DNA of 64,000 bases from Glycera tridactyla (lineage: Eukaryota). Below the pieces are notes generated by a model. That model made no database searches. It was given only the letters and a program-made list of their open reading frames with translations, and had not been told where the DNA came from. A program made the position numbers and the translations under genes. The DNA lies in the NCBI GenBank assembly GCA_965644265.1, contig OZ286476.1, positions 54,622,001 through 54,686,000 of the forward strand, read 5' to 3'. Within the stretch, counting starts at the first letter, position 1, and each line of letters opens with the position of its first letter. This document shows, piece by piece, positions 13,078-25,972 of the stretch.

Positions 13078-16000
13078 GTTGAAGTTGAAGTTGAAAAACG
13101 TTTATTTTCTTTCACGGAAAATAACATTCATATACATAAATAAACAGTACATGATTTTCAGTGCATCCGTGAATGAGTCACCATGTATTTTCTATAGACA
13201 ATGAATCACTCAAGGTATGATACTGTCATGGAGCCAGACTTGACACTTTCACTCAGAAATTGTGTTCTTTTTGAGTACCGGTTGTCAAGACCAACCATCA
13301 GAAGCGTGGCCGCTGTAGAATTGCTGCTATTTTTCGTTAGGTTGAAACATCAATACATCTTGTTAAAATCATTCCTTGTTTCTGTGTCAACTCTGCCACC
13401 ATTTTGAAACATCTGAGCTATTTCATATCTATTTTACCTTTCAATACACTTTACTCAAATATACATCACTGAGTTATCTTGTGGTAATCCATGTTCTAAC
13501 ATGTTCCGTGAATGCACTTCTTGATAGATTTCTAAGCTTTTTCAGTTCAATGGGTAGCTTATTCCATACAAGTGGACCAACATAGGAGAATGCTTTCTGC
13601 CCATGTACTGATTTCATTAGAGGTAATTCATAGTTCCCCACCAATGCCCCTCTTGTCCCGTGGTCATGGTAATCTGAGAGTGGTTTCAGTACTTCCTCAA
13701 TGTACTCAGGTACTTCATCTTTTGAACATTTCTGCATAAATAAGATGAGATGAAGTTCCCGTGCCTCTGACAGTCTCAATATACCTGTGCTACTATGCAA
13801 AAAATCAGTATCAGTCCATCTGTTTTTCAGCATAATGGTTCTCAGGGCTTTGTTCTGCAAAACCTGTAACTGATATGCATCCTTGGCTGACAATGAGTGA
13901 AAAACTGTGTCACAGTAATAGAGTAGCGGCAATACGAGGGCACAGTATAGTTTCTGAGCTGCTTTAGAGGTGATAAACTCGCGTGCTCTCGCAAGCATAT
14001 AGATTCTTACGCTAGCCTTCTTACAGATATATTCCACATGTTTGTCAAAAGACATGCACGGGTCGAGGATGACTCCAAGGTATTTAAACTGTTCGACCAC
14101 CTCCACAATCTCATTGTTTATTCTGATATCCGGAAAAACTCTGTTTGATAACATAGCTCGGGTCCCAAAAATCATGATTTTTGTTTTCTTTACATTCAGG
14201 TATAATTTATTTGTGTTCAACCATCTCTCTACTTGGAGCAAATCGTTCTGGAGGTCATCCACGATCCGTACATGATCCTTACCACTATGATGTATTGCTG
14301 TGTCATCCGCATAGAGTGTGCATTTACATCTTGTGAGTGCATTGCATATATCATTAATATAAATGATGAATAGTAGAGGGCCTAGTGTCGAGCCCTGAGG
14401 GACACCACAGGTGACTTCCTTGGGTTCAGAGATTTGTCCATTTATCATGGTTGTTTGTTTTCTTCCAACTAGAAAACTTTCGAACCACTGTAGTGAATCT
14501 TCAGAGACTCCATACCTGTTCAATTTCGTAAGCAGTCTGGAGTGGTTGACAGTTTCAAAAGCCTTTTTAAAATCCAAAAATGCAACCACTGTTAATTTCC
14601 CATTTTCTGAGTTATTTATTATGCTGTTCGTGACTTGTAAGAGGGCAGTTTCAGTTGAAAAGCCCGATCTAAATCCAGACAGACAAGAATTTAGAAGTTC
14701 ATTCTTATTGAAATACTTGTAGAGTTGTGAATGTACTGATTTCTCAATCATCTTTGAAACCCAGGGCAAAATAGAGATAGGGCGATAGTTTGATGGATCT
14801 GTACGGTCTCCCTCCTTAAATAATGGAGTCACCTGTGATGTCTTCCACCTGACTGGAAAAGTGCGGCTTTCAAATGATTTTCTAACAATAATATCTAACA
14901 CTGGAGCTATGATGTCAGCTGCATCTTTCAGAAAACGAGCGTATATCCCAGGAAAACCTGTTGACTTAGCAATTGGCAGTTTTTTCAGAAAATCACAGAT
15001 CTCAGTTTGCGTTGGGGGTGTCAAGTCAAAGGGGTCATTTGCCTTAGGAATATCAGGCTCATGTGGCAATAGAGGGCCAGTGATCTGGCTACTTAACGAG
15101 TCCCCCACCTTAACTGAGAAAGAGTTGAAGGTGTTTGCCATTTCAGAGCTTTCAGTGGAGGATCCCAGCTTCTGAATGGAAGCCTTTTTGGACGAGTTTG
15201 ATAGCAATCTGGAGAAAGTTTTCCATAGTTTTTTGCTATCTGTCTTGTGCTCCTCCAACTTGCCTAGAAAATATGACTTCTTCAGTTGCTTAGCAGCATT
15301 ATTTTTGGAATTTCTGAGCTGATGGGCCTTCTCTATGTCGTCAGTCAGTATAGAAATTCTTGCCTTGTCATTTGCCTCTCTAAAGTCATGTATCAACGAG
15401 ATGAAGGCTTCAGTTAACCATGGAACATTGTCAATCCTGACAGTCATCGTTTTATATGGAGCAGTAGTATCACATTCCACTGTAAGTAATTCCATGAAGA
15501 GATCAAATGCATCCGTTGCATTCAGTGTGAGCCAGTCAGGTTTATTTAATGAATTACTAAGTGATTGTCTGAAGACTGCTGTAGTATAATTTCTAAAAGT
15601 CCTTGCCTTAATCGTCTTTTTGATTTTACTGATTTTTTGCCCTTTTCGTGAAGTTATAATCATGTCGTGGTCACTTAGTCCAGATGAGAATACAATCGAA
15701 GTTCTGTAGAGATCAGGTCTATTTACCATTATGACATCTATCAAGGTACTGGTGGTGAGTGACAGTCGTGTTGGTTTCGAGATAATCTGTATAAGTCCCA
15801 TGGTTTTTTCAAAGTTCTTTAGAATAAGCCTATTGGGGGAGCATTTCAGGTAATCTATATTCAGATCTCCAAGTACTAGAATGTCCCTTGTCCTTACATT
15901 ATCCAGCATATTCACATGGTTAGATAACTGCTGAATAGCATCAAATACGTTTCCGTCTGGTGGCCGATATGTATTGAAGATATAGGTATCACTTGTGTTT

Positions 16001-16413
16001 TCTAAGGACAGTTTTAAGCCTTGACATTCCAAGTTGGCTGTACAACTAGAGAGTTCCTTCTCATGTGATACTGCTATTTTTTCTTCGAAATAACACATCA
16101 AACCACCCCCTCTCTTTGGTGGGATCAGGCTTCTATCCTGTCTGTGAAAATGAAAACCTTCAATTTCCAGCATGAAATTTTGTACCGACGAGGAAAGCCA
16201 ACTTTCGGATATGGTGAGAATCTGAATATTTCCAGGTTGTAGGAGAGTCTTGAGTTGGTCAAGTTTTAAGAGTAGGCTACACATGTTCTGATGTGCAATT
16301 GTCAGACCCCTACATTTTGGAATATCCTTCAACATGACATAAACTGACTGGTTGAAAGGTTCCAGGTTGATTTCCTCAGCGTCCTCCATGGGGCAGGTTG
16401 ACTCAATTTCCAA
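13078..16413 (-). mobile_element. CR1/L2-group LINE with intact ORF2, ~400-bp 3' UTR and (TCAACT)n tail
   Basis: ORF2 plus UTR with a stem (13111-13118 with 13166-13173), AATAAA at 13102-13107 and a short tandem tail. Confidence 0.95.
13474..16413 (-). CDS. LINE ORF2 protein: APE endonuclease + reverse transcriptase (first ATG at 16389)
   Basis: Uninterrupted ORF. APE motifs HQN, SESWL, YRPPDG, GDLN, KPTR, SDH. RT motifs NYRPISIL, FLDFKKAF, GVPQGSTLGPLLF, YADD, KYLG. Confidence 0.95.
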   Translation of the reverse strand: MEIESTCPMEDAEEINLEPFNQSVYVMLKDIPKCRGLTIAHQNMCSLLLKLDQLKTLLQPGNIQILTISESWLSSSVQNFMLEIEGFHFHRQDRSLIPPKRGGGLMCYFEEKIAVSHEKELSSCTANLECQGLKLSLENTSDTYIFNTYRPPDGNVFDAIQQLSNHVNMLDNVRTRDILVLGDLNIDYLKCSPNRLILKNFEKTMGLIQIISKPTRLSLTTSTLIDVIMVNRPDLYRTSIVFSSGLSDHDMIITSRKGQKISKIKKTIKARTFRNYTTAVFRQSLSNSLNKPDWLTLNATDAFDLFMELLTVECDTTAPYKTMTVRIDNVPWLTEAFISLIHDFREANDKARISILTDDIEKAHQLRNSKNNAAKQLKKSYFLGKLEEHKTDSKKLWKTFSRLLSNSSKKASIQKLGSSTESSEMANTFNSFSVKVGDSLSSQITGPLLPHEPDIPKANDPFDLTPPTQTEICDFLKKLPIAKSTGFPGIYARFLKDAADIIAPVLDIIVRKSFESRTFPVRWKTSQVTPLFKEGDRTDPSNYRPISILPWVSKMIEKSVHSQLYKYFNKNELLNSCLSGFRSGFSTETALLQVTNSIINNSENGKLTVVAFLDFKKAFETVNHSRLLTKLNRYGVSEDSLQWFESFLVGRKQTTMINGQISEPKEVTCGVPQGSTLGPLLFIIYINDICNALTRCKCTLYADDTAIHHSGKDHVRIVDDLQNDLLQVERWLNTNKLYLNVKKTKIMIFGTRAMLSNRVFPDIRINNEIVEVVEQFKYLGVILDPCMSFDKHVEYICKKASVRIYMLARAREFITSKAAQKLYCALVLPLLYYCDTVFHSLSAKDAYQLQVLQNKALRTIMLKNRWTDTDFLHSSTGILRLSEARELHLILFMQKCSKDEVPEYIEEVLKPLSDYHDHGTRGALVGNYELPLMKSVHGQKAFSYVGPLVWNKLPIELKKLRNLSRSAFTEHVRTWITTR

Positions 16414-17473
16414 TACAATAAATTTGCTAGATTAAATGGGGGCGGTTAATAGATATATAAGTAATAGTGCATTAAGTCGCCCAGCATTGTAAAATCGTTT
16501 CAGATTCATAAATACTTGTTCCACAATTTTTCACAGATTACAAAAATAAATAGATTAAACCCTATGAACATAAAGTTCTATGAATCCCTTTCGACATAAA
16601 TTCTATATTAGACCATTGGTGACATTGCGGAAACAAAGATAGGTGAGATAGGGGGGGTCGAATGTGGAATGTGAAATATGGTTGAAACGAAACCAAGGAT
16701 GCGTGAACAAACCAATGCAACCATTGATATGGAGTGTCTCTTGTGAAACGTTATATTTGACAGGGTTCCCACAGAAATCTGAAAATTTTTCTCCATGACT
16801 TTTCCAGAAAAATAACAAAATTTCCAGGTATCAAAAGCTCATGAAATGATGGCCTCTCAAGTTGAACGGTGATACATGGGCCAATTATCAATACATTCAG
16901 GGCATGGAGAGATCGTGCGGGTGGATCTCAAAGTTACACGCCTTTTTCAGGCGGGCATACTTCCGTCAAATTGCATCTGAAAGTTGCAAATACAAATTAT
17001 ATTTGCAGGGCTCAATGTCGGAGAAAAAATTTAGGGGCCAGCTGGCCCCTGGGTTTCTCATTTTGGTTGCCAGGAGCTGTTTTTGGTAGCCAGAACAAAT
17101 TTCTGGTCGCCAGAATTTTTTTTCAGTGACCAGACATTTTTTTCAATAGCCAGTTGCGACCATCTCTCCTTAAGGAATCTAGGGCTGCGGTTCTTGGTGC
17201 AAGTCACCTGTGGATTGCATTATGGCCCACTACATTGAATATTGACGTGACCAGTAAAAGTTCGTCGAATTGCCAACTTTCGCGCTCTCCGCCATGATTC
17301 AGTGGTTTCTTTCATAACATGATGTATTCTTGCATTATATTAATGGTGGATTGGGGTATATTTCGACAAATAAATGTCTAATAGAGATGTGAGGCGCGAT
17401 TTATCACCCCGGCTTCCAGCGGGAAACCCCATCATTAACATAATTTATGCACAGCTTCTTGCGCACCATATTC

Positions 17474-17939
17474 CATACCTGCCAACCCTGAGACATGGCA
17501 TTCAGTAGTGACCCACCTTGGTTTCAGTAGTTTGGGTCCATTTTCAGTAGTGAGATTTTCATCATTTCCAGTAGTTATTTTGGACACTTTGTGCACCATG
17601 GCAAAGGTAGCAGTTGAAAATGACATCATCATCATCATATCGCTTCATCATTTCCAAATGATTCCATTCATAATCGGACTGAGACAAAAATATGTGTATT
17701 GATGAATAGGTATGTATGCATGTCATGCCATGTGTGGTAAGGCTTTTCATGATTATTTTCTATACAACCTGAACTGGTTTCCATTAACATTTCATGAATA
17801 TTTTGCAATGCCGGGCCACGAACAAGGTTTTTTGGGGTTGGCCTTCATTTCAGTAGTTTCTCAGAGGCATCAGTAGTTCAGTAGTTTTGACCTCATTTCA
17901 GTCGTGACTACTGGAGTTCTGTAGTACTTGGCAGGTATG
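17474..17939. mobile_element. hAT-like MITE (CATACCTGCCAA TIR)
   Basis: CATACCTGCCAA ... TTGGCAGGTATG with CATATTC repeated on both flanks. Repeated internal TTCAGTAG motifs. Confidence 0.8.
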
Positions 17940-18614
17940 CATATTCCCTACAACCCCAGTCTGGCTTCCGATTTTTCCTCTATATCATGTTTGTGCGCTG
18001 CGATCTCTCAGGGAATAAGACGCCGGAAGAAATAAACATTTGCGCTGTGATATTCGTGAGTTTCTTGACAAGGCGTGTGCGCTCTCAACGTGCCAGTCAC
18101 CAGTGATATTCTGATCTTATCATCCGAAAAATGGATAGAATAATGAATCAGCTTTAATTCGGTGTTTAGATTGTGAAAATCGGACAACTGGTTGCTGAGA
18201 TACAGCGATTCTTATACAGGTATCTCTCCTAACATTTGCCGTGACGCTATACAGATCGAATGCGCGACACAGCCAGTTGACCCTTGACCTCGATTGTATT
18301 CTGGCAAATGTTTGTTATAAGGACCAATCAGCGTTGGCGCTTTCGCCTCACGTGACCTAAGCGCAAAAAATTAAAATACCAGCCGACTGCATGGTACGCT
18401 CTCGAATTATTGCCCAGCGCCGAGGAGTATGGGAAGACAACGCTTACCAACACGCTAGACTCGTGATCGGATGATAATAACGCAGTTGCGAGATGTCAAA
18501 AACACGTGCAGGGTACGATTATTGAGCATCTGCGCAGCTTTCGGAACCATGTCGAAGCCGATCTTACAAATGAAAGTATCACGTTTGACATGTCTCCTAA
18601 GGAAATTCCATGTA

Positions 18615-18791
18615 CAGTTGAACCTCCCTATAAAGACCCCCTTAGTTCGCAAAAAAAGCGGTCCTTATTGGGAGGTGGTCTTTATAGGGAGGTCATTTAC
18701 TGTTGAAAATACAACCACAGTCGCAGCTCAGGGTGGTCTTTATAGGGAGGTGGTCTTTATAGGGGGGTGGTCTTTAGAGGAGGTTCGACTG
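18615..18791. mobile_element. MITE, CAGT(C/T)GAACCT subfamily, TA TSD
   Basis: TA-CAGTTGAACCTCC ... GGAGGTTCGACTG-TA. Related copies at 44315 and 53394. Confidence 0.88.
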
Positions 18792-21119
18792 TATAAATAC
18801 ACTAGCGTTTCCACAATCCAGGTGACATTCGTGTACGAACAGGTTGTTTTAGAGGGGGACTAGTGATTTCGAATTTCACCCACACGGGGATTTTTCCGAT
18901 GTCTCCACGCCCTGTACATGTACACGGCCATATAAACAACCAGATTTGCCTAAGATATTATCTAGAAAAAATACCAAGGCTAATCACTATTTTGGTGAAA
19001 GTGAATTCCATATTGCTTCCAGGCTTATTCCAGACCAATCCTGTAATTTTCCAGGTCAATCTCACATGACATGAGATTATTGGAACAATTTATCAACAAA
19101 ACATTTCTCCTCAGGAGGGATGTGATTGACTCACAACTAAAGACCCTGAAAACCTGACCCAAGGTGCTTTTTACCAAGATTTTGAGGAGCAAGAAACCCC
19201 AATAACTGCTAACTAATTGGTACTTTAACTGCATATACACATTCTGGGATCTATCTCCACAAATTCTGGTCCGATTCGGAGGATCGAAATTCCAAAATAA
19301 TCAGCATAGAATGCTTTTATCTGCCACATAATGACTTGCACTTTTTTCATAATAACCCAGAAGTCTGCGGGGACGCGGAATAATCACATCCCTGTCTGAG
19401 AGAGTGATATATATATATATATATATACATGCAAGTGAACATTCAATCTCTCTTCGGGAAAAATCTCAATGAAGGATACTTCGTTCTATCTATTTATGAT
19501 GGCTTATGATTCTTAAACATGCTTGAAATCCAGACATTTAAGATGATTTTCAAATTTCTGAGGTTTGTGCACCTGCAATCAAGGATTTTAGATTCCATCC
19601 TTATCCAGCCGGCTATGAACTCTATGAATCAGTGATGAAAGTGGCCCACGACCAAATTTCCTGAAAAGTGCGTAAACCCATTTTGCAGGATTCACGAACT
19701 TCCACTGGGCCTGTTTTTGACAGTGATAATATCATGCAGATATACTATCATTATCTCTTTTCTGGAATAATATACTTTGAACACTAACTGAAAATAAGAA
19801 AACATGACACTAGAGAAATCAGAAATGTATGTTTCAGGGTCCACATAAACTTTCACTTGATCTGCCCTTTACTACATTTTCACCTGCCCTGTTTCTTATG
19901 ATTATGGAATAGATCAATGTTACACCATTGAAAAAATTTGGAAATCCTTCCTGCTTTTTTTGCCACTACATCAAATATCTGTTTGACCTCCAAGACAGAA
20001 GCTGTCCAGCAATGGTTAGTTGTGGGTGGTGATCAAATACCATCAACCCTCAAATTTGGGGGGGGGGGGAAGATTAGTCCTCCTTGCCTCCCACCAACAT
20101 AAACAGACTGAGTCTTATAGAAACAATGAGCCACTTCTGATTTCCTAAAAACATCAATATCATTAGGACATCTCCGGAAATCTCCGGAAGACTTTCATCA
20201 CTGATGAATAGAAATGTCATCATAAACACTATTCAATCAACAAAATTCAGGGAATCATCTGCTCACTAATGGTCAGTCATTTACATAATCATGTTTGGTA
20301 GATTTCATGAATGAAGTAAGATATTGCTGGTAGGACAAGGGCCAAGGGCAGGAAAGACTAGGGAATAGCTCTCAACAACTCATCCGAAATGTACAAAGCC
20401 ATATTTGCAAAGTTTTCTTCCAAAGAACACAATGCCATCAACATCTGTTACACATATAATATTCATTTAGAAAAGGACCTTGCATTCCCCGCCCTCAAAG
20501 AATTCCATCATCGGGGTAAATCCACTAGGGACAAAATGATGCACTGTGAAAAAAAAGTTCCATGACATTTCCATGACTTTTGGGCAAATTACAAAGTTCC
20601 ATGACTTTTCCGGAAACTAATTTTTTTCCAGGTTTTCAAGACCCTGTGGGAACCCTGATTTGAATCTTCTGGTGAAATGCTGAATGGCGAAATCATTATA
20701 CTTTTGTACACATGACTTGATCATATGTGCCACTCGACTATCACTTTGACTTGAGAGACCAGTCATAGTCTACCCATGTGAGATTTGAAGCCTGGATGTG
20801 AGAACTTATTATAACCAAGAAAGCATGAACAAATATTAGTTTGAACTATGGACTGCATGCACCCCTGACCAGAATGACTATTTGAAACTGAATGGATGAA
20901 GCTAGATGAGAGCTTAATGAATACTCTGCATGTCAGATGGTGTTGTAGTCTGTCGAGAGCGGACTCAAGATAGCGCACTATTAGAGTCCGTTCATAACAA
21001 ATCATGTCAAATGCGTCACTGCTCCTTATTGGCTTAATCACTGCACACCCACAAGCAGCTAGTTCCTACCTACTACGCTAGGTGGATTTGATGAGCTCAA
21101 GACAACATAACTTGGTGTC

Positions 21120-21785
21120 CATCCATTTATCCATATATCCATCCATCCACCCATCCTTCCATCCAATCACCCACCCATATTATGTTACGCATCAGGGATT
21201 CATCCCATTTTTATGCAATTTGTTGAGATCAAATGCAATTGTCGAGATCGAAGAATGTTGAGACAGAAATTATCCTGTTTGAAGATGTCCAGACATGACA
21301 CGGATGGATGGATGGATGGATGGATGGATTGATCAATGGATGGATAGATGGATGGAAGGGTGGATGGATGAAGCAACTAATAATGGGGTTGATGGCAGTG
21401 AGGATAGTGGTAGTGCTGCTTGGCGGCGTTGGTGGTGGTGGTGGTGATGGTGGTGTTGGCGGTACTGCTAGCGGTGCTGGTGCAGGTGCTGCTGCTGGCA
21501 GTGATGGTGATGTTGTTGCTGGTGTTTCTGGTGGTTCTACTACAGCAGGCGATGGTTGTTGTGGCGTTGACTCTGGTTCTGGTAGTGCTGGTGGTGTTGG
21601 TGATAGCGGTTCCATCCGAACAACCAACCAATCAACCAATCAACCAATCAACCAAACACCCACTCAACAAACCAATCAATTCTGTTTTGGTTGATGGTTC
21701 ATTGGGTGTTTTGGGAGGCGAGATTGGTTGGTTGGTTGGTTTTTTGTTCATTGTGTGGGTAGGTAGGTAGGTGGGTAGGAGGGTA
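21120..21785. repeat. Compound low-complexity block: (CCAT)n/(GGAT)n, GGT/GCT-rich core, (AACC)n/(GGTT)n
   Basis: Microsatellite tracts visible directly, with opposite orientations on either side. Confidence 0.9.
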
Positions 21786-22469
21786 GTTATGGTGAATGAC
21801 GAATACTTGAGATATCCCGATATCCACTATTATTTATAGAGAACCACAATTTCAACTGCGAATATTTTTATTGTAATTGATAACATTACTATTATTATCA
21901 TCACTATCAATATTGATATCATTTTCATCATTGAACGTATTCCACATCTGGCAGAATGAATGCTAACATTCTATACAAAACCATGGGTAGGAGCAACATA
22001 CACTTACACATAGAGAAGACATTTGCCCTTCGCCTGAGATGATTGGACAGGCATGGAGATGAGACACAATAAGATAAATGTGTGCTTATTCGACAAGATC
22101 TCTGATGTCAGTCAGACCGACTGTATGTCTGTCTGTCTGTCTGTCTCTTTATCTCTCTTCATGCCTCCAGGTCTAGTTATACTAACCTGCTCCAAACGGC
22201 AATGCAGAGAACCAGTGAAATCGATCAGGCCAGAAGTGGCCTGATCGATTTCACCTGGGCATTAGCTATTAACAGTCCCAATTCGGCCGCCAAGCGCTGG
22301 TGGGACTGTCCCGAGAGTCTAATGGTGTTGCTTCTAAATTGGGTACATCCCTCAAACTTGATTGCTCAGGTTGAATGGAATAGGTGAAACGTATGCAAGA
22401 ATTCAACTAATGAGTCTGGTCAACAAATGAATATTGAATGAAAGGGAATTTATGTATTATGATGAGATT

Positions 22470-25400
22470 TAGTGTTTCCTATCACCGGAAACGCCCCTCA
22501 AATCTCTCTATTCTATTCCTCTTACCTGTTCTACTTTTATCCACCCCTCGTTTAACAGTTAGCAACATGTCAATCAATATTTTAAGCTCACCCTCTGCAT
22601 ACTACTTAAAGCTCTCTATTCTACACTTATCACCTGTTATTTATTTATTCACCCTTCGCTTAACAGTTCACATAATGTTGATTCACATTTCTAGCCCACC
22701 CTCTGTATACCCACAAGCTGAATTCATCATCAATACCTGCTCCTGTCCAGAATCCATCCTTCAAGTTACCTCTCACGAAAAACAATCTTTCCTTGTAACA
22801 CTTGAAGCCTTGCCAAAATGTCTTTGAATATTGAGAGCCTCAGAAATCTTAATGGAATTGTATTTGCTCTCTTAAATGTAAACAGCATCAGAAATAAGAT
22901 GATAGATGTCGAAAGAATCATCTCATTAGGCAAGATAGATGTACTTGGAATATCTGACAGCTGTCTTGACAATTCCTTAGATTCAGAGTTATTTGATATC
23001 GATGGATATACCCTATATAGACTTGACAGGATTGAACACTCAGTGAGAATAAGCAGAGGTGGAATTTGTGTTTATGTTTCTAATGGTTTAACAGCAGAAT
23101 TTCACTGCAGCTTGTGTCATAGTGATAAAAATCTTGAAATACTTGGCCTGAAAATTGTGATGAACCATTGTAGACCCATATTTCTTTTCAATGTGTATAG
23201 GCCCCCATATAGGAACACAAGGACTGCAGTTCAAGTACTATCTAATATCCTGACAACCTGCCTGAATAGCCCAAATGCTGAAATTCATGTAAATTCTCAC
23301 ACCCCTGAATTCAAAATGTTGAAATCCCTCACATATAATTTCAATCTCGTTCAGCTGGTCAGGGAACCAACCAGAATAACAGAGACCTCGTCGACCATAA
23401 TTGATCTATTTTTCTGTAACAGAGACTGTGTTGTAACCAGCTCTGGAGTAATTCCAATTGGTTTCAGTGACCATTCCCTAATTTACATCCAGCGTAAGAT
23501 CTGTAAGCCAAAAACAAAAGCAAGATTTGAGAAGTGCAGGTCACTGAAAAATGTGAATGCCAACTCTTTCAAAAACAAACTTGCTGCAAATGACTGGTCA
23601 TTGGTATTAGAGGAATATGATCCTGAATCTGCTTGGTCAATCTTTAAATTGGATTTCCTTCTTATCTGCGATAGGCTTGCTCCCTACAATATGATGAAAT
23701 TCAGGGGTAAACCCCCGCCTTGGATGACAGAGGAATACAATAGCATTGCAAAAATTAGGGATGAAGCTAAATCAAAATTTAATATCACCAAAGATCCTCT
23801 TGACCAGCACATCTATCGGGACCTAAGAAATAGGGCAAATACCTCTGGTAACCATTTGAAAAGAACCTTTATTACCAAGTCTGCAAATGAAAACAGGGGT
23901 AATATGCGGAAATTGTGGAAAACCATCTCTTTATTGATTCCCAAGAAATCTAAGGAGGAAAAGCTGGACATTGAAATAGGAGGCTCCAAAAATGCCAAAA
24001 TGATTGCAAATACTTCTTCTGTTCCATCGGTAACAACCTAGCATCAAAAAATCCTCATGTTCCACTTGTTGACCTTCCACCTCTGATATCCAATGGGAAT
24101 ATTTTCATTTTAAAGAAAGTTACCTGCAAAAGAGTCTCTGAATTGATAAACAAATTAAGCATATCAAAAGCTACAGGAATTGATGGAATTAATGCACGTT
24201 TTCTGAAGTGGGGAGTTAGTGAGATAAATCATGTCATCACCCATATTGTAAATTGTTCCATTAACAGGCAGGTTGTCCCATCTGATTGGAAAATTGCCCG
24301 TGTCAAACCTCTGTTTAAGGATGGGGATAACTCTGAACCAACAAACTATAGACCAATCTCAGTTCTACCAATTCTTGGAAAGCTTGTTGAAAAGCTAGTT
24401 CATGAGCAGCTGTATACCTTTCTATCTGATAACAACCTTTTGGAGAGTTCTCAGTCGGGATTTAGGTCTGGTCTATCTACCACAAGTTGCTGCCTGGATG
24501 TATTGCATCATGTATATTCGTCTCTGGACAGGGGGGAGGTAACAATAATGGTCTTCTTGGACCTGAAAAAGGCATTCGATACCGTCGACCACTCAGTCTT
24601 GATGTATAAACTACATGAATATGGGGTGGTTGGCGGATCAGGTGCCTGGATCAAGAATTACCTCACCGGGCGCAAACAGTTATCTAGATACAATAATGAG
24701 TTGTCTGATCCTGGATCAGTTACTTGCGGGGTACCACAGGGGTCTATTTTAGGACCACTTTTATTTATTATCTATATAAATGATCTCTGTAATAGTGTAA
24801 AACATTCAAAGGTAGCGATGTATGCGGACGATACCGCACTTTTTATTAGTGGGTCCTGTATAAGCGAACTTGTACACAAAATAGCTTGTGACCTGGCTGA
24901 TGTTAATAAATGGCTTCAAAGGAAATAAACTTACTCTTAACGTGAAGAAAACAAAAGCCATCCTCTTTCACCGGGTTTCATATAGAGGGGAAAGAGGTGT
25001 AGAAATTGAAATTAATGGGGAAAGAATAGATCAGGTCTCAAGCTTCAGATATTTGGGAGTTATCCTGGACTCAAAATTGAACTTTAATGAGCATATTGAA
25101 TCTCTTATCACTAAAACCAAAAAAAGGATTGGGGCTATAAGACATGTAAGGAAGTTTATCAGCAAGGTCCTGGCCCTTCTTTTATATAAAACCTTTAGTG
25201 ACCTGGTCTATTTACATACAAGTGAAAACAATTTGGGAAAACTGCATGTTCAGCAGAACGCGGCTTGTCGTATGATACTAAAAGCAGACTGGGATGCCAA
25301 TATAACCGACATGCACAAAACCCTTGGATTGTTTCCATTGCATGATAGAAGGGTGTTTCATAAGTCTACTTTTATGTATAAAGTATTGCATGGTCAGATA

Positions 25401-25972
25401 AACTCACCAAACTTGAGAAATTTATTTGTAGAGATTGAGGATACTCATGGTTGGAATACTAGGTCAGTTAAGCGTGGTGACCTTCAAGTACCCAGAACCC
25501 GCATAAATGCAGGAACTCACTCTATAAGTGTCATAGGAGCCAAGGTATGGAATAAGCTTCCAACAGAAATAAGAAACTCAGCCACCCTGAATATCTTCAA
25601 GAGGGCTTATGCAGAGGCCATGACCAGTTGATGTCAGAAAAAACAGAAATTCGTGGTATTGTAGTATGTTTATTGATAAGAGAACAAAACACATAAACCT
25701 TAACTATATATCAGGCTGGGAATACACTGGATGTCACTCTGCTTATTACTAGATGCCATACGATGATTCATTTGTGCATATCACTGGCTTAACTTATTTC
25801 TTATAAGTTCACTGATGGACACTTGATGTTATGAATTTTGAGCAATGGTTGCAGCAGAATAAACAGACCTAGAGTCTGATTACGTGAAGTTTTTTACTGT
25901 CAAATTGCATGATCAATTGCTGTAAGTCGCCTATATTATACTTATTTAATAATAAACGCATTGTCATTGTCA
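22470..25972 (+). pseudogene. Near full-length LINE ORF2 (APE+RT) broken by two frameshifts, with 3' UTR and (TTGTCA)n tail
   Basis: ORFs 22818-24041 (APE), 24143-24928 (NYRPIS, FLDLKKAFDTV, GVPQGS, YADD) and 24888-25631 (RYLG, C-terminus). AATAAA at 25951, then the tail. 5' boundary approximate. Confidence 0.93.

Larger units (their letters stand above)
16761..20657. mobile_element. Putative 3.9-kb non-autonomous TIR element (hAT-like ends) with 6-bp TSD
   Basis: Perfect 14-bp TIR CAGGGTTCCCACAG at both ends. ATTTGA flanks both sides (16755-16760, 20658-20663). CCATGACTTTT subterminal motifs near both ends. No transposase ORF. Confidence 0.6.
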
